A DNA stretch of 64,000 nucleotides from Rozella allomycis CSF55 (lineage: Eukaryota): positions 1 to 64,000 of the forward strand of contig KE560959.1 of assembly GCA_000442015.1 (NCBI GenBank). The letters run 5' to 3'. The notes under the pieces were generated by a model. The model had not been told where the DNA came from and did no database searches. It saw nothing but the letters and a program-made list of their open reading frames with translations. A program made the position numbers and the translations under genes. Of the stretch, positions 1 to 11,895 are shown piece by piece (within the stretch, counting starts at the first letter, position 1; every line of letters starts with the position of its first letter).

Positions 1-3000
1 GGATGAATGGCTACCTTTAAGTCTGATTTAAATGAATTCCACGTTAAATCTGAATTATTATCAATTTCAATTGTATTTGGAATGTTTAAATATTTCAATA
101 CTTGTTGAATAGTGAACGCGTATTTATCTTGTAACGATGAATCCTTTGTAGACATAAACAAGGGTCCCAATTTATTTGAAATAAACTCTACAGCAAATTC
201 ACGACAAACTGAAGCAGTTTCTAGAGTTTGAAGCGTTAAAAATTCTGATTTTGTCTCGATCATTTTCAGTTCCAATCTTTCAGGGTCAATAGCACCAATC
301 AATCCAATGCATTCAACAATTAAAATTCTAATTTCTTTGTTATCTTTAAATGAACTTCCTATGGCTAATAGACTCTTAAACACTGACGATAAAACTCCAA
401 CATTTTCAGACAAGACTGATTCATAAATAAAACTTTGTATTTCATCACTCAATAATTTATTTTTGAAAAAACTTAAAAGGAAAAATGTAAAATAGAATGA
501 TTTACAAAATTTGAATCCTTGTCTAATACTCTTGAATAGATCAAGAGGCGAAATTTCATTATTTTCAAACAAAACAACAAATTTTGAAAAGTTTGCTGAT
601 TTTTTCAAAGCTTGAATCATTTTATTAAACAAAGTAGAAATATTGAAATGATGGAAAATTGATGTCAACTCTAATCCGTTATTCTCCAAACTACTTCCAT
701 TCATGTTCTCAATAATTATATTCCATAGAGAAAATAAAATCTGCTCCTTTTCTAAATCTTTATCTTTCTGAAAATTTATCATTTGAGAAACGATCTAATC
801 TAGAAATTTCTAACCCGATTACCTGGTTCATAAAGGTACCAATTTGATTTCCCAACAAAGTCATTAAATTTTTCATACAATTGCATAAATCAATCTTTGT
901 ATATTTTTGTGAACTTTTAAAACATTCATTAATCTTATAGAATATTCCCAACGCAAACTTTGACACAAAATTTTCAATTGGAATTTTTTCTGTTTTAACT
1001 TTCTCTATCGCATTTCGTAATTTTGTTAATCCAGCATTTTCAACTGAATAATGAAATATAATTTGAGACAAAAGGGACGAAATGCAACTCTTAACTAAAT
1101 CTTTAATTTCAACTTTAATTTGTCCCTTTTCAGAAATAAAATCAATAAGAAATTTTTCCAAATCCTCATCCTTTTTGATAACTGTTTCACTTAAAATGAC
1201 AGCTATATTATCAACAACCAGATTTATTGGTTTAATTCCAATCAGTCTGCTCACATGCTCAATCCATCCCCTTTTTATTGTTATTACTAGAAATAAATTT
1301 AAATTGTTTCTCAAAAAGGTTTTAACATTCATTCCATAGCATTTCTCGGCAACCACACTAATCTTTATTTCCGAAATTTCATTAAACAACAAATTGCAAA
1401 GTTTAGTCAAATCAATCTTATTTTTTCCTCTTTCAAAGATTTTAGATACCAAATAACATGTTTCAGAGTTTTCTATGCCATTCAACAAATACTCTAACAA
1501 CTTGTGTCTCATCAATATTTTATCATATTTCTGGACAACAAAATAGATCAACTGAACAGTATTCAAATTTAACTGATTCAATTCAGATATAAAAAATTCT
1601 TCATTCAAGTTGTTATCATTCAATAAATTTGTCAAAGTCTCTGAAATGCCAAAAATGAAGTTCTCATCATACTCAATCTTACCAAGCAATGATAAACAAA
1701 CTTTAAAATCTCCATTATGGGCAGCTTTTTCTAATAAGCATTTTAAAGGGACTCCATGCTTTATTTGTTTTCCAATCAATTCAATTTCATCACTCCTCAT
1801 GTTGGCCTTTTCGAAAATACTTATCAAGTCATCTTGGCTTTTGAAAAGTATCCCAGAATCCATCATGGATCGTAAATTGAACTTTTCGCTGTTCTTAAGA
1901 ACCACGCTGGTCAAATAACAGGGATGCTCAAACGCATAGTCAACTAATTTTGAAATTGCTTTATTTATCTTTTCATCATTTAATTTCATCAAAAAATCTA
2001 AACTTTTCTTTTGCTCCTCTTGCTTCATTACATTCAACTGGCTTTCTGTTATTTCTTCAATAAACCCAATCTGATCATCTTTCGCATGTATCATTTTATG
2101 ATCATGAAATGGCTTCATTAAAATATGCAGACATTGAAACGGACTGTATTTAAATCCATAAAATGCCAATTCAATATCCTTTACACTTGCAATAACACAC
2201 TCTAAACAATCTTTCATCCCTGGCACATCTTTTGTAAATTTTAAAAGATTTATTAGTTTATCTTTCCTTCTTTCTACCTTTAATCTACAGAGCAGAAAAT
2301 TTATTGCTTCAGTGTCGTCCCTAACCACCTGTAATTCAAGAGTCTCATAGCAAAACTCAAATGAAGCTTGCAAATTCATTTTATTAAAAATGGCTAGAGC
2401 CAATTGCTTGTAGTTGTTTTTGCACATATCAAGTAAAAATTCCATAGTAATCTTATCCTTGACAAGTTCTACATGAAGATGCTCCACTAATTTTATTAAA
2501 TCGTTCTCATTTCCATGCTTTGAATAATTAAGTAATATCATGCTACTGATTATATCTTTACTGCTGATAAAAGGTAGCGCTAAGAGTTTTGCACAAGCCT
2601 AGGAAAGTTGAATTTTGAAGATTACTTTAATAACCATTGGTTCATTGTATTCAATCAAGGATTCAATAATTAAATTGGGATATATAGATCTACATTTTCT
2701 AAGCGATAGTGCCACAGGTCCCTTTCTGTAGTAGATTTCCATGCTTAAAGTACAAAGTGAGCAAATATATTGTAGACTTTCATCTCGTTTGTTAATTGCA
2801 ACATAATTAGCGGTATAGGGTAAATTATTTTCATTAAGAATGACCTTCCATGATTTTATTAGCTCAAGATACACGCTTCTAATCTTCTCGTCAAAACCTT
2901 CAGACTGATTTCCCAAACTCATAAAGCATGCAAGAAGCTGACATATTCCTTTCAAATTGTTTTTCATATCATTTTGTGGCAACCAAGATATTAGTCTTTC

Positions 3001-3279
3001 AATAATGTCCAAGACATTGATGTGTTTTTCAAGTTCTGAATGAAAATACTCTACGTGTTGTAAAACATTCATATATATTTTTAAAACACCTATAATTGTA
3101 TTTTATAGAACATTTACTTGCTAGATGGGTTTTTTCAAAGAGAAAGTTTGTCAAAGGTCTTAAAAAAGGCAGTAAGCTTTGCTCATCTTCATCCTATTTT
3201 AGACGACAATTTTTTATACTTCACATTGCTTTTGTAGCTCAAGAACAAAATTATTCCAGCCGTTGTCGTCAACAGACAT
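1..3279 (-). CDS. ATR: ATR/Mec1/Rad3 PIKK kinase, N-terminal HEAT part (multi-exon, runs off left edge)
   Basis: Manual translation near 130-370 gives ECIGLIGAIDPERLE and QDKYAFTIQQVLK, matching ATR CLGELGAIDP / AAYAIQELL. ATG at 3279 links through two ~27-nt GT-AG introns to ORFs 2599-3072 and 760-2541. Confidence 0.8.
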
Positions 3280-3325
3280 TCCAAAAATTTAAATTGTAAA
3301 ATCAAGAAATGTTAAATACACTGAT

Positions 3326-4486
3326 TTATTCAGCCAACTTCATCTTGATAACTTTCTGTTTCTTTGGTTGAATTGTATTGTTCGAGACTTTTATTGGCGT
3401 TGACAAAGGAACAGACTTGAATGATTTGATTTTAGGAGCAAGCTTCAAAAGTCTTCGAGCATAATTTGATTCCAAGAACATAGTAATCCCAAAAGACACA
3501 ATTCTTGATACAAAAAAGTATAACGCCATGCATGATGGCATCATCATGAAAAATGGAAAGAACAAGGCGGGCCCGTATTGTCGAATTTTCATTAAGAATT
3601 TGGAGTTTGACATACTTGGCATCGTTCTTGAACGTATAACCTAATAAAAATAAAATTAATATGTTACATTTTCAATGTATTGAAATAACAGATAACCTAA
3701 TGGAAGAATAAGGGTAAAATCAGGCTGAGTTAAGTCAGTAAACCACAAGTACCCTCCTGTGGTTAAAGATGGAATCATTGGAGTAGCAATGGCTTTAAAA
3801 GCAATAAAGTTACACATAGGGATGGCGGCATAACTTAACTTTATGAGCGTATCGGTAATTGTCGACAATTGGCCTCTTGAACGTTTCAACTTGTCCAATG
3901 CCCTCGTTCTTTCCCTTGCTTCTGCGAAATTCCTTTGCTGCTTCAGCTGATTAATCAAGGTTTGTTCCCTAGTGTATTCATCTAGATATGGTTTCGCTCT
4001 TTCTGTATTGCGAAAATCAATGACGTTCAAAGGAAAGTATGTCAAACGTGTAATAACTGAATAAATGACTATCTAAAAAATATAAAACCAAATGGATACT
4101 GCGTGAAACCAAGGTAAACCAAATGTTGAATGTAAACTTTCTATCCCCAACCGAAGCCAACCTATGGGACTCCAAAGGCTAATGAGTCCTAATGCCTCAA
4201 ACTCCGAACTAAAAGCTTCCGTCATTGGTTCTTCTAATTGCGATAGCTCTTGTTTAACTTTCGCGACGATATCAGTTGTTGATTCAAGTACAGAATTATC
4301 TGTTGAAACAGGTGTCATAGAAATCGGATTATCATTAATTGGATTAGTGGCTACATTATTTGCTTCAATTTTAGTTGAGAAAGCCCTATATGAGACGTTA
4401 TTACGACATATTAATGGATTTAAGTTTAATCTGCACCCGTTTAATGAATTGCATGCTCTCACAAAAATTCTTTGCCGGACAAACAT
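3326..4486 (-). CDS. OXA1: Oxa1/YidC mitochondrial inner-membrane insertase, copy A
   Basis: Mito presequence; WSPIGWLRLGIESLHSTFGLPW; GGYLWFTDLTQPD; three exons (ORFs 4073-4486, 3656-4045, 3326-3622). Confidence 0.85.
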
Positions 4487-4541
4487 GAAACAATTTGATT
4501 TGACTTCGCCACATCAAGGATTAAAGAACAGTTAAAGATGT

Positions 4542-5652
4542 TTATTCAGTTAATTTTTCCTTTTGTTTTGCTGCCTCTATGTCAGCTTTTTTTAATAAAT
4601 CAAATTCAACTTGGACTTCTTCATTTAGCAGGGCCTTTGGCGGCGCTTGCTGAAATATAGAAAAGACATTGTACTTTCCAGTAAAGACAAGCTAATCAAT
4701 TATTTGTGTGGATAATACCTTTAGCCATTCAAAATATGAGGTGTATTTCATTTTTCGCTCTGGCAAGGGAATGGAGATCCATTCAGAGACCCGATTGATG
4801 GAGGTCAAGTAATTAAGTCCGGTAGAAATAATTGCGTTTGTAAATACATACAATTGTATGTGCTAAAATGAAAAGGAATTTGTAATATTACTGCTGAGGT
4901 ATATAAACCTAGCCCAGTATAGACAATAGATGTTATTAACATGGTCGACCTGCTTCGATCAAGTGCGTCTTGGGTGGTTTGATATTTCCTGTTCATAATC
5001 TAAAAATCAGGCCAAAACAATTTACTTCAATGTTCATTATAAATGGAATACATGTAATTGCTGCTAATAACATTGAAGGCTCCGCTAAATTTTGAAGGAA
5101 CATGAAGCCGGATGAAGAAAGATCGACATAATAATGTAATTTGGATACCCCTAAACCGACTGGAAACGCAATGCAAAATTGTTTAGCTAGATTAATGAAA
5201 GGGCGTATCGGATTAAGTTTGTGCTTCTGTAAGTACTCCACTATTTCCTTTTGCATCATACTAGCTCCCATTGTATTTCCTTGCTTTTTTTGTTTAGCGA
5301 ACTCTTCGACCATTGCCAAATAAACAGCATTATGTTCTTTATATTCGATAGAATCTCTCAATGAGTCTAAACTGAACTTTAAAGTCGCCAATCGAGAAGC
5401 AATAGCTGCAGTAATGATAGTTCCGGCCCATGGAAGCCCTGCCGCGTCGTGGAATGCGCTTAGGCTATTTACGAGAAAGGACTTTGCTGGCTCTTCAATA
5501 ATTGTTTCGGGAACCTGGGAAACTACATTTGAAATTGCCGTCAAACTTTGTGTGTCTAAAGTATCTGGAATCGTGACTTTGTGTTTCATGAATATGGAGT
5601 AGTTATTCATTATAAACTTGGAGCTGTTTCGAAGACCATAGCGGGTATACAT
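4542..5652 (-). CDS. Oxa1/Cox18-family insertase, copy B
   Basis: LSAFHDAAGLPWAGTII...RL; SGFMFLQNLAEP; spliced by hand through short introns to TAA at 4542-4544. Confidence 0.75.
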
Positions 5653-5796
5653 TACGATTTAGGATAGGTGGCTAGGAACTCTATAAATTATTTGACCCAT
5701 TCAATTTTTCGCCTAAAAGGTATATTTTTATTAAGATATATTCTGAAGAGGCAATTTGATGTTAATTATTTCAACAGTTTCCTTTCCGAAAATTCC

Positions 5797-7399
5797 ATGA
5801 CCAACGAGGATCCAAATAATTTAAAGTCTAAAAAGTAAGAGTTTATAGTGTTATAGAGAAGTGTCGAATCTTTTCTTGAGGCAGACTGGGCAGATTTAGA
5901 CAAAGAAGAGATTCTCGATAGTCAGCAAGAAAGAAAATTGTATACTGAAACCTACCAAGATAGAAATGATGTTTTTAAAATTAAGGAAAGAAATTACAAT
6001 CAGCAGTTTGATAAGCTCTATATGGCTCGCTTGGAAGCACTGAAACCGCTTGTCCTGTCATCTGCAAAAGCAAAATGGGGAAATTTAAATCGTAAAATGT
6101 TAAACATTTATAAAATAGCTCAACCAAACTTTGTTTCAAAAGTGCTGGATGTTAAGAATAATGAATTAGCCGTAGTTGTTGGTGCGGTTTATAAAGATAT
6201 GCCTTTAAAGCCTAATGTATTAGCAGATTTAAGTAAAGAGGTAAATTAAAATACATTTTATTATAGAATAACCTTGGTGACATTCCACCCAAGAAAAGAT
6301 TTGTTGGTGACAATGATAAGACCCTTTTAGAGGATATTTCAGGCAGAATTGTTTTGAATACTTCAAAATTGAAAGATTTTTTAGTAACTGGTAACAAAAT
6401 TTTTTGCGATGCAATAAAGGTATCATAATTGGTGCTCTTGGTATTGACGCACCCGATGGAACCTTTGAAGTTTTAGAGATTTGTTACCCTGAAATGTTAG
6501 ATGTGGTACCTCGTTCCTTTATTCCAGAAGGTATATCCATAAAAAACCTTTTATGAGATGATGTGTTTGTTGCTTTAGTTTCTGGATTGAATATTGGACG
6601 CGAAGACGATGTAAGATTGGCAGCACTTGTAAATTTTTTGAGTGGGGAAATCGACAGTCAAAAAGTAAATTCCCTTATTGAGAAAGAAAGGAATTATCTT
6701 CCAAGATTTCACGAGTTATAGTTGCTGGAAATTCAGTTGTAAAGGCCGTTAGAATGGACGATCCAACCAAACCCAAAAGATATGGCGTGGATCAAACCAA
6801 AATAGATATGAATCCCTTAATTACATTAGACGAAATTCTATCTAGTATATGTGAAAATAACTGCGTGGATATAATGCCGGGTAGCAATGACCCAACAGGT
6901 GCTGCTTTACCACAACAATCTTTACACAGATTTTTGTTTCCAAATGCAGGTTCATTCGATAGCTTAAAATGCGTGTCAAACCCTCATTCATTTGATTTTC
7001 TAGGAGTGCAATTTCTTGGCACCTCAGGCCAAAACCTGGAAGATATACTTTGTTACACGGAAGACCAATCTTCTCTTGAAATCAGTGACAATATTTTAAG
7101 ATGGAGGCATTTATGTCCAACATCTCCCGACACACTTTGTAAAATATAGTCAATCTAATGACAGGGTCTTATCCATTTAAAGACATTGATCCTTTTATTA
7201 TCACCAGTCGTCCTCATGTCTATTTTGTAGGAAATCAAAGTAAATTCGAGTATAAGAAATTAGATGGTAATAATTGTATTAATCAATGATAAAAGATGAT
7301 TCATCTTTGATACTTCACATCCCCGATTTTTCTATAACTGGAAGCATAATTCTATTAAATCTTAAAACATTAGAGCCTCGTGAAATACTATTTAATTAA
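5797..7399 (+). CDS. POL31: DNA polymerase delta subunit 2 (POLD2/Pol31)
   Basis: YNQQFDKLYMARL, YKDMPLKPNVL, VDIMPGSNDPTGAALPQQSLH, FLGTSGQN, WRHLCPTSPDTL; many ~27-nt introns. Confidence 0.93.
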
Positions 7400-7484
7400 C
7401 TTTGACTCTCTCTACTAAATAAACATATTGCCAGATATAGGCCTATTTAACTTTAAATTCTCTAAGCCACAAACACTGCTATAG

Positions 7485-8944
7485 ATGTTGTTAAGGACTG
7501 TTGGTTCAATCAAAAGATGTCGTTTTAATAAGAATCTGATGACCATGGTCGGCAGTAAAAATAACGCTATTAAATTAAGAGGCGATCCTAAAGTGGTCAC
7601 CGCAAAAGAGGCGGTACAGGTAGTAAAATCCAATGATCGTGTATACATGCACGGGATTGCCGCTTTTCCCACTGTTCTTGCTCAAGAATTGAGTTTAAGG
7701 GCAGGGGAATTATCAAACGTAGAAATCAATCATTTGCACGTAAAATTTGCAATTCTGTAAAAATCAGATTGAACATGACAATCCATGCAGCAAATCTGAA
7801 TACAAGAATGCTTTTAAAACTAAAAACTTTTTTATTGGAGCAAATCAAAGAAAAGCAGTTGCTGAAGGTATAAGCTCTTTGATTCCATGCTTTTTGTCGG
7901 AGCTTCCCAAATTGATGAGAATGGGGATCAGGCGGTAAATTGTTTTATTATGTATAAAAAGTCCCGATGTAGCTTTTTTAAATGTATCTCCTCCTGATAA
8001 GCACGGTTTTTGTTCATTGGGGGTTGAAGTAGCTACTGCCTATGCGGCTGTTGAAACGGCCAAAGTAGTTGTGGCGCAAATTAATCCAAACGTACCTCGA
8101 ACACACGGGCACGCATTTATACCTTACAAGGCATTAGATTATGCTGTTCATGTAGATGAGCCAATTCATGCCCTAGAGAAAAAAGAACCAAGCGAAATTG
8201 AAAAGCAAATTGGAAAACACTTGGCCGCTTTGATCGAAGATGGCGCGACTTTACAAATGGGAATAGGAGCCATAGCCAATGCTGTTTTATCTTGTTTAAA
8301 AGATCACAAAGATTTGGGAATCCACACCGAAATGTTTTCTGATGGTGTGATGGATTTGATTTCAAGAGGCGTTATAAACAATAGCAAGAAGACATTTTTT
8401 CCTGATCGAATAGTCACATCTTTTATTATGGGTAGCAATGATTTGTACAAATTTGTCGACGATAACCCCGAGGTCATGTTTATGGATGTCGCTATAGTCA
8501 AGTAATTTAAATTATGAGTTGTCAAAAAGCGATCCCAGGATTATTGGAACAAATCCAAAAGTCACAGCCATTAACGCAGCGGTTGAAGTTGATCTTACTG
8601 GACAAGTTTGTGCTGATTCTGTTGGAACAAGAATGATTTCAGGGGTTGGTGGGCAAGTCGATTTTGAAAGAGGAGCAGCGCTATCACCAGGCGGTGTTCC
8701 AATTATTTGTTTACCATCTACAACAAAAGACGGGAAATCAAGAATAGTTCCCACACTTAAAGTAGGCGCTGGTGTAGTAACCACAAGGAACCATGTTCAT
8801 TGGGTAGCCACTGAATATGGTGCAGTCAATCTTTTTGGAAAAGATCTTTTTGAAAGGGCAAGAGCGTTAATAAATATTGCTCATCCGAAGCATCGCGCAG
8901 ATCTCGAAAGATCGGCATTCGAACGATACAAAGTACTCGTGTAA
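7485..8944 (+). CDS. Acetyl-CoA hydrolase/CoA-transferase (4-hydroxybutyrate CoA-transferase / ASCT-IB-like), probably mitochondrial
   Basis: GATLQMGIG, LGIHTEMFSDG, SGVGGQVDF, GAGVVTTR, VATEYG; introns 7740-7767, 7935-7961 and 8502-8529 restore the frame. Confidence 0.9.
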
Positions 8945-8982
8945 AAATAAATCGATAACATGAAAGCTACCTAATTTTTTAT

Positions 8983-11367
8983 TTAATCTTCTTTAATAAT
9001 AGTTATTAAAGGCTTCTTTGGGGAACCGATTGCGACTTCTGGAATGAATTCTGCAGCTTGAATTGCATGATACTTTGCAATAGTGTCTTCTTCAAACGGA
9101 TCTTCCTTTATTCTTATTATTATTTCATGAATTTCTTGTACAAAATCATTATTTAAAAAGTTGTAAATGTCATCACCAAATCCGTTTAAAATGAACTTTA
9201 AAAGGCACAAAGAAGCCCTTCGAATATCAACGTTCGGTTCCATTTTAATGCAATCAGCACAAAATTTAGAAATATTAAATATCTCAAATCTAAGTGAAAA
9301 TGGCGACGCTTCGGCTATTGAGGAAAGTAATGATAATGCACTAGAAACAAGTCTACTAGAACGTTGTCGATCTATAAGTCGCAATAAAGTGGGAAGAATC
9401 ATGGTCACTATATAATTTGAACACAATGTGTTTACCATAACAGTCTACAGCAGATCCGAGCCTTTGAATAGTTTGTAATAATGATTCCCCCAGTCGAATT
9501 TGATATTCATCATCACCGGTGTATACATCCTCACTAATTTCAATATTTTCAAATTTCGATGCGTATTCAGTAAATATTTTTGGAATAATTTTGTCTGGAA
9601 ATAAATCAGTCAATGTGGACAAACATTTAACCGCGTTCAAATAGACAAAACTATCTTCGTCTTTCAAATGATGCAAAAAGGTATCAAAACATTGTAATAA
9701 AATTTCTTCATTTATCAAAAATTTGTGTTTTCTTATAAGAAGTTTTAATTTATAAAGGGCGGCGGCTCTGGCGGGCACATGTTCACTATTCAATTGCTTC
9801 ATACATTGCTTTAGTTCAGAGAAGAATGCCTCTTCTTCTTTTGATTTGTTCTCATTAATAAAATTATTGTACGATAAAAAATAGATTGAAATCAGTTTGT
9901 GTAGATTTTTGGCATCGCTATCAGTCAAATTAGATTCCAATTTTTCTTTCAACAAAATCACGGAATGCTGTTCCAAATCTTTTACTGATTCTGGATCTGA
10001 AAACATGATTGTGCACAACTCTAAAACTGTAGCCTTGATAGCCTCAGATTCTGTTTCACATTTAATATCCAATACGCTGATTGATAGATTTAACAGGTAA
10101 TTTGGATATTTTAGAAAACTTTCACCAAAATCGTCGACTAATCGGATTACTAGGTCCAATAAATCATTTCCTGGAGATTCAAGTAGCTCCATTACCATCT
10201 TGGATGTGACTGATATAATCAATTCCTCGCTTGAAAGCTCTTTCAAAAATGTGAAAAAAGTTTCATTGATATTTATTGCTTCCTGGGACTCTTTGGATGG
10301 TTCTAGACAAAGACCACCTCCAGGGCCAAGTTTGAATCCGTCCAAGGCTATTGGATTACGAATATAATTTAAAAAGAAAATCGACATCATTTCTAGTTCA
10401 TTATCCCTGATCAAAAGACTAAATATTTCTTTCATAATAGCCTTAAAATAAGATTTTGTTACATATGAATGAATTGCCATAACCGTTAATGAAATTACCA
10501 CTAATGTAAAAACAATGTTCCAAAATTACGGTTTTCGATTACAAAGTTGCGAAAAAATATATTGCTCTGTAATTGAAGCATTGTTTTCAATAAATTTAGA
10601 CTCTTTAAAAAATCTTTTTCCGATATGCAAATATCAAGAGATTTTGAATTGATAGTGTCTAGAATGCATAAAATGGGCCTGAAAGCCGATCGCAAAACTG
10701 TTTCGCCGTCCTCCGTACTCTTTCCATATAATTTTAGAGAGAGGTAACAGTAAAATTCTTTAACATATGCATCATGATCTGTTTGCAATTGACTTTGAAG
10801 CATTTGAGAGATGTACTGGAAATATTTCTAATAAAGGATTAACAGATTCCATACATTATAGTCCAATTTGGCTGGTCTAGTAAGAATTAAAGAACATATT
10901 TGATTCCAATTTTCTTTAGATTTCACCTTGCCTTGGTTCAAGAGAAACTCTACGATGGCAGGAAACCACCTCCTATCCATTAATTTGGTAGATAGACATT
11001 CCGAAAGCGTTACTTTGTTCTTGGTTGCACAAGACAAAAGTATCTGTAAAATAATATCCAATTTTCTGATGTTCGGTTCACTATGTTAAAAAACATACCT
11101 CACTTACCCGTCCAGTAAGTCAAGTATCAAATCTCTTTTAGATAATTTATCACTTTGAACACTCAATATAAGATTTAAATTAAAACTAAACAGCAGGTGG
11201 TCAAACTTTGAACTAATTTCCTTCAACTGACAAAACAGAGCTTTCTGAGAATCTAAATCTAAATCAAACAATTTTGAGCATATTTCTTTAACTTTTTTCA
11301 ATTCTTGGCGACATTCCTGAGGCTTTTTAGAAGCTAAAATAGTTTCGACCGTTGTCTGAGAAATCAT
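8983..11367 (-). CDS. RTP1: RTP1/TANGO6 (RNA Pol II nuclear import, HEAT repeats)
   Basis: VPARAAAL, HLKDEDSFVYLNAVKCLSTL, RLGESLLQTIQRLG, RRAS; first exon (MISQTT) joined by a 27-nt intron near 11081-11107. Confidence 0.8.
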
Positions 11368-11674
11368 GAAAAAGCCATCCAAAGCAAAGTCTTCTATAGA
11401 ATTCAATATCGAAGAAAGAGAGTAAAAAAATATATTATCTTTTATAAGAAAATATTTAAAATCAAAAAATATTGCGAATAGAAAGAAGAAACAAAAAAGA
11501 GAAGAGGCCAAGAAAAAACCGAAAAAAGCACCTCCATCGGAGGAAACAAAACAAAGATTAAAGAGTTTACGTGAGATCGCTAAAAAATTAGAGGAAGGAA
11601 ACGACGTTGATTTTCTGCAACAAACTGAAACAAGAACATATGAAGACGTTAAGGTTGAAGTTACAGCATTATGA
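11366..11674 (+). CDS. Small basic protein, RRP17/Nop25/NOL12-like (not in ORF track)
   Basis: ATG 11366; removing intron gtaaaaaaatatattatcttttataag (11422-11448) gives MKKPSKAKSSIEFNIEEREKYLKSKNIANRKKKQKREEAKKK...EDVKVEVTAL*, resembling the Nop25 'F....R..YL' motif. Confidence 0.55.
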
Positions 11675-11895
11675 TCACAAGTATTCTATATCGTGCTATT
11701 GTGTTTGAATGTGAAGATTTTGTTAAATAAACCCTTTAATTTGCATACGTATATACTATCGTATCAAAAATCGAACATGAAAGTTTTTAATATGCAAGTT
11801 TACACCGCTTAGCACAAGGAGTTAATTTAGTTATCAATTCATGTGATAAATTTTTGAAAGACATTTGTTTGTTTACATTACTGCATATTGCCATC

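Noticed and set aside
5938-8944. Fragmented ORFs as pseudogenes or an alternative genetic code
   Set aside because: The breaks examined are resolved by 25-31 nt GT-AG introns under the standard code.
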